Source of the DNA: an uncultured bacterium
GTDB taxonomy: Bacteria; Patescibacteriota; Minisyncoccia; Phycocordibacterales; UBA2100
Assembly: GCA_903854215.1 (NCBI GenBank)
Contig: CAINVT010000035.1
Location: forward strand, 1 to 62,908
Length of the DNA: 62,908 nt
Direction of reading: 5' to 3'
Numbering within the stretch: the stretch's first letter is position 1; every line of letters begins with the position of its first letter. Below are positions 60,192 through 62,908 of the stretch, in pieces. The notes beneath the pieces are model-generated. The model saw only the letters and a program-made list of their open reading frames with translations, was not told the origin of the DNA and made no database searches. The position numbers and the translations under genes are program-made.

Positions 60192-60578
60192 CTATTTCAG
60201 CGGATGATGCACAGTACTATGGTGCTTCACCTCGGTCACTCTATTTTTTTCATCAACGAAAACGACGACGGGGTCGAGCGTGTCGAGCTCTGACGGTTCG
60301 ACCAACACTTCAGCAAGAATGATGATCTTGTCGCCGGGGGCGAAAAGTCGCGCCGGCGGCCCGTTGAGGCAAATATCACCCGCACCTCGTTTGCCGGCCA
60401 TCGCATAGGTGCGCCAGAAGGTCGCGTTTGATACGTTGGTGATGTTCAAATACTGAAATGGTTTGATACCGGCTGCGTCGAGCAAGTCTTCATCGATCGT
60501 AATCGAGCCGACATAATTAAGATCAGCCTGTGTGACCGTTGCGCGGTGGATCTTCGATTTGCATGCGTGGATCAACAT
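60192..60578 (-). CDS. panD: Aspartate 1-decarboxylase
   Basis: KSKIHRATVT, YVGSITID self-cleavage site, ICLNG. Confidence 0.92.
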   Translation of the reverse strand: MLIHACKSKIHRATVTQADLNYVGSITIDEDLLDAAGIKPFQYLNITNVSNATFWRTYAMAGKRGAGDICLNGPPARLFAPGDKIIILAEVLVEPSELDTLDPVVVFVDEKNRVTEVKHHSTVHHPLK

Positions 60579-60718
60579 GCGTTGAATGTATCATTCAACG
60601 ATACAAAGGCAAAATGTCGATTGTCATAATTTCATACCATGCGGTGTACTAGGTGTGTAGCGCGTCTTCTGGGGTGGGTCCGATGCGCCACATAATTATC
60701 GGTTTATTGAATATAATC

Positions 60719-61555
60719 ATGAAACAATCAGCAACAATGACGAAGGTGGGGGCTATTATCGGAAGTACGGCGATTATCACGACGCTCGCCCTGAGTGGCA
60801 CGGCGTTCGCGCAAACAGCGACAGCTCCAAACGCTACTGCGCAGGGACGTGGCGGCTTTGGCGGCGGCATGCATCGCGCACCTGGCGTGTTCGGTACCGT
60901 CGCATCGATATCCGGTAATACGATTACTGTTACGAGTAAAGGCTTCGGATCAAATGCGACCGCGACGACGTATACGGTCAATGCTACCAATGCGACCGTG
61001 ACTAAGAGCGGAGCAGCTTCGACGGTCGCAGGTATTGCGATCGGCGACTCGGTGATGGTGCAAGGTACCGTGAGTGGTACGAGTGTCACCGCGACGGCCA
61101 TTCGTGACGGTGTCACGGGCGGTCGAATGGGCGGTACTGGCATGCGTGGGTTTGCTTCGAGTACGACTCCGGATGGTAAAAAGCCGAATGCCGCACTCGC
61201 GAATATCACGGGTAACGGCCAGCCGGTCATCGGCGGTACGGTCGCTTCGATCAGCGGTACGACACTGAGCATCACCAACAAGAGCAATGTGAGCTTCTCA
61301 GTTGACGCAAGCAATGCAACTGTCAATAAGGGCGGTGCGACCTCGACGGTCGCAAGCATCGCAACGGGAGATTCTGTCATCGTGCAAGGAACGGTGAATG
61401 GCAGCTCAGTCGTCGCTTCGTCAGTCATTGACCAGGGAGTGGTATCTACAGCTTCCACATCAGCAACTCCGTCTACGTCGGGTGCTCATGGCGGTTTCCT
61501 CGGAGGACTCTTTGGCGGTATCGGCGGATTCTTCCAACACCTCTTCGGATTCTAA
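60719..61555 (+). CDS. Secreted Gly/Thr-rich protein with two DUF5666-like repeats
   Basis: Signal peptide ending AFA; duplicated GTVASISG...GDSVxVQGTV; amphipathic C-tail. Confidence 0.75.
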   Translation: MKQSATMTKVGAIIGSTAIITTLALSGTAFAQTATAPNATAQGRGGFGGGMHRAPGVFGTVASISGNTITVTSKGFGSNATATTYTVNATNATVTKSGAASTVAGIAIGDSVMVQGTVSGTSVTATAIRDGVTGGRMGGTGMRGFASSTTPDGKKPNAALANITGNGQPVIGGTVASISGTTLSITNKSNVSFSVDASNATVNKGGATSTVASIATGDSVIVQGTVNGSSVVASSVIDQGVVSTASTSATPSTSGAHGGFLGGLFGGIGGFFQHLFGF

Positions 61556-61580
61556 CTAAAGTTCTCGGAAGCCAATTCAA

Positions 61581-61607
61581 GAGCGGCCCTCATTCTGAGG
61601 GTCGCTC
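61581..61607 (+). terminator. Hairpin, probable terminator
   Basis: GAGCGGCCCTCA-TTC-TGAGGGTCGCTC. Confidence 0.55.
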
Positions 61608-61638
61608 TGCGTTTGGATTACGAAAATACGCATAAACA

Positions 61639-62850
61639 ATGTACAATATGTCGATTGCGACCGACATGCGAAATCCTTTTGATCATAAGCGCAAGCACAA
61701 TGACGACGACAAGACTCGCCCGTTGTTCGTTATCGGTGCGGTAGCTATCGGAATCATCGGCATCGCGCTTTTTATGGTCGGCTACACGACCGTTTTTGCC
61801 CTGCTCGGTTCTGGATCAGTGGCATATGAGCGACAGGCTGGAAATGGCGGAGCAACGACGACGAATGCTACGAGCTCAGCACCGGTCCCTGTTCTAGATG
61901 TTGACGCCTACAACAAAAAACTGCTGGCGATTGCCAATTACAAGACTCCTCTGGCGACCACGACACCTGTGAGTGTCGGAAGCTCGACCGTATCGACCCA
62001 TAGCACGTCAACACCGGCCGTCCATCGCCTCTGGCCGGCAAAAGCAGTGTTGCCATTAGCTGGGGCACTGCTGCCGTTCAATCGCCTCGTCGCGTACTAC
62101 GGCAACTTTTATTCGACCGGCATGGGCGTCCTCGGCGAATATCCCGAAGATCAGGTGCTCGCCATGCTCGCCTCAACGACCGCCATGTGGCGCCGCGCCG
62201 ATCCCTCGACTCCTGTCATTCCAGCGATCGACTACATCGCGGTGACCGCACAGGGCAGTCCGGGTGCTGATGGTAAATATCGCTTACGCATGCCGGATAG
62301 TCAGATCGACAAGGCGCTCGAAATGGCCACGAAGGTCAATGGCATCGTTTTCCTCGAAGTGCAACCGGGACTTTCCAATATGGAAATCGAAGTGCCAAAA
62401 CTTGAGAAATACTTGAAGATGCCGAATGTCGAGCTTTCTCTTGATCCCGAATTCTCGATGCAGACGAGCGGCTTGCGCCCCGAAGCGGTCATCGGAACCT
62501 TGGATGCGAAGGATATCAATTGGGCCGCCAATTATCTCGCCGGTCTCGTCACACAGTACAACCTCCCGCCGAAGATTCTCGTCGTACATCGCTTCACCGA
62601 AGATATGGTCACGCACTATCGCCAGATCACGCCGCTGCCGCAGGTGCAGATCGTGATGGACATGGACGGTTGGGGATCAAAGGCAAAGAAGATCGGCACG
62701 TACACCAACGTCATCTATGCGGAGCCCGTGCAATTCACCGGATTCAAGCTCTTCTATAAGAACGACCTCAAACCGCCTTCCACCGGCCTTCTCACTCCCG
62801 CCCAAGTTCTCAACCTCATCCCCGCACCCTCGTTCATCCAATACCAGTAG
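61639..62850 (+). CDS. Membrane-anchored hypothetical protein
   Basis: N-terminal TM, Thr/Ser linker, domain with VAYYGN, LDPEF, MDGWG, GFKLFYKND. Confidence 0.75.
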   Translation: MYNMSIATDMRNPFDHKRKHNDDDKTRPLFVIGAVAIGIIGIALFMVGYTTVFALLGSGSVAYERQAGNGGATTTNATSSAPVPVLDVDAYNKKLLAIANYKTPLATTTPVSVGSSTVSTHSTSTPAVHRLWPAKAVLPLAGALLPFNRLVAYYGNFYSTGMGVLGEYPEDQVLAMLASTTAMWRRADPSTPVIPAIDYIAVTAQGSPGADGKYRLRMPDSQIDKALEMATKVNGIVFLEVQPGLSNMEIEVPKLEKYLKMPNVELSLDPEFSMQTSGLRPEAVIGTLDAKDINWAANYLAGLVTQYNLPPKILVVHRFTEDMVTHYRQITPLPQVQIVMDMDGWGSKAKKIGTYTNVIYAEPVQFTGFKLFYKNDLKPPSTGLLTPAQVLNLIPAPSFIQYQ

Positions 62851-62908
62851 CGTTTTTACAAACGGGGCTCTAGAAATAGGGTATCGCAGAAGTGATATAC
62901 TTCTGATA

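Overview
Chromosomal segment of a bacterium using genetic code 11. Gene content and style (b-delta fused F-ATPase, zinc-less short DnaX, dprA-topA, free-standing LAGLIDADG, RAYT transposases, many apparently leaderless genes) suggest a CPR/Parcubacteria organism; this is inference, not a database result. 1-27.8 kb is mostly housekeeping: a streamlined atp operon, an nrdD-nrdG-iscS-iscU-oxidoreductase operon, miaA, tRNA-Leu, parB, rel, topA, dprA, serS, ftsQ, dus, dnaX and a purC-like gene. Downstream of tRNA-Gln(TTG) (27920-27993) lies a visibly AT-richer ~22 kb accessory island: an AAA ATPase + S8 peptidase pair (IetAS-like), a HEPN-like gene, a large serine recombinase, an SNF2 helicase/DUF4391/type III RM/RhuM module, a RAYT between 23-bp inverted repeats, and orphans. 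The most striking signal is at the island's distal end (47.7-52.1 kb): about nine degenerate direct repeats (AGAAAAGTTCCAACATC-GTCC-N7-CCAGC) whose right half mirrors the tRNA-Gln 3' end. They separate small self-promoted genes like cassettes, suggesting an integron-like, serine-recombinase-fed array. One interval holds a ~400-nt candidate structured ncRNA. Several REP-like palindromes also sit in frame inside housekeeping genes. All product calls are from motif recognition only.
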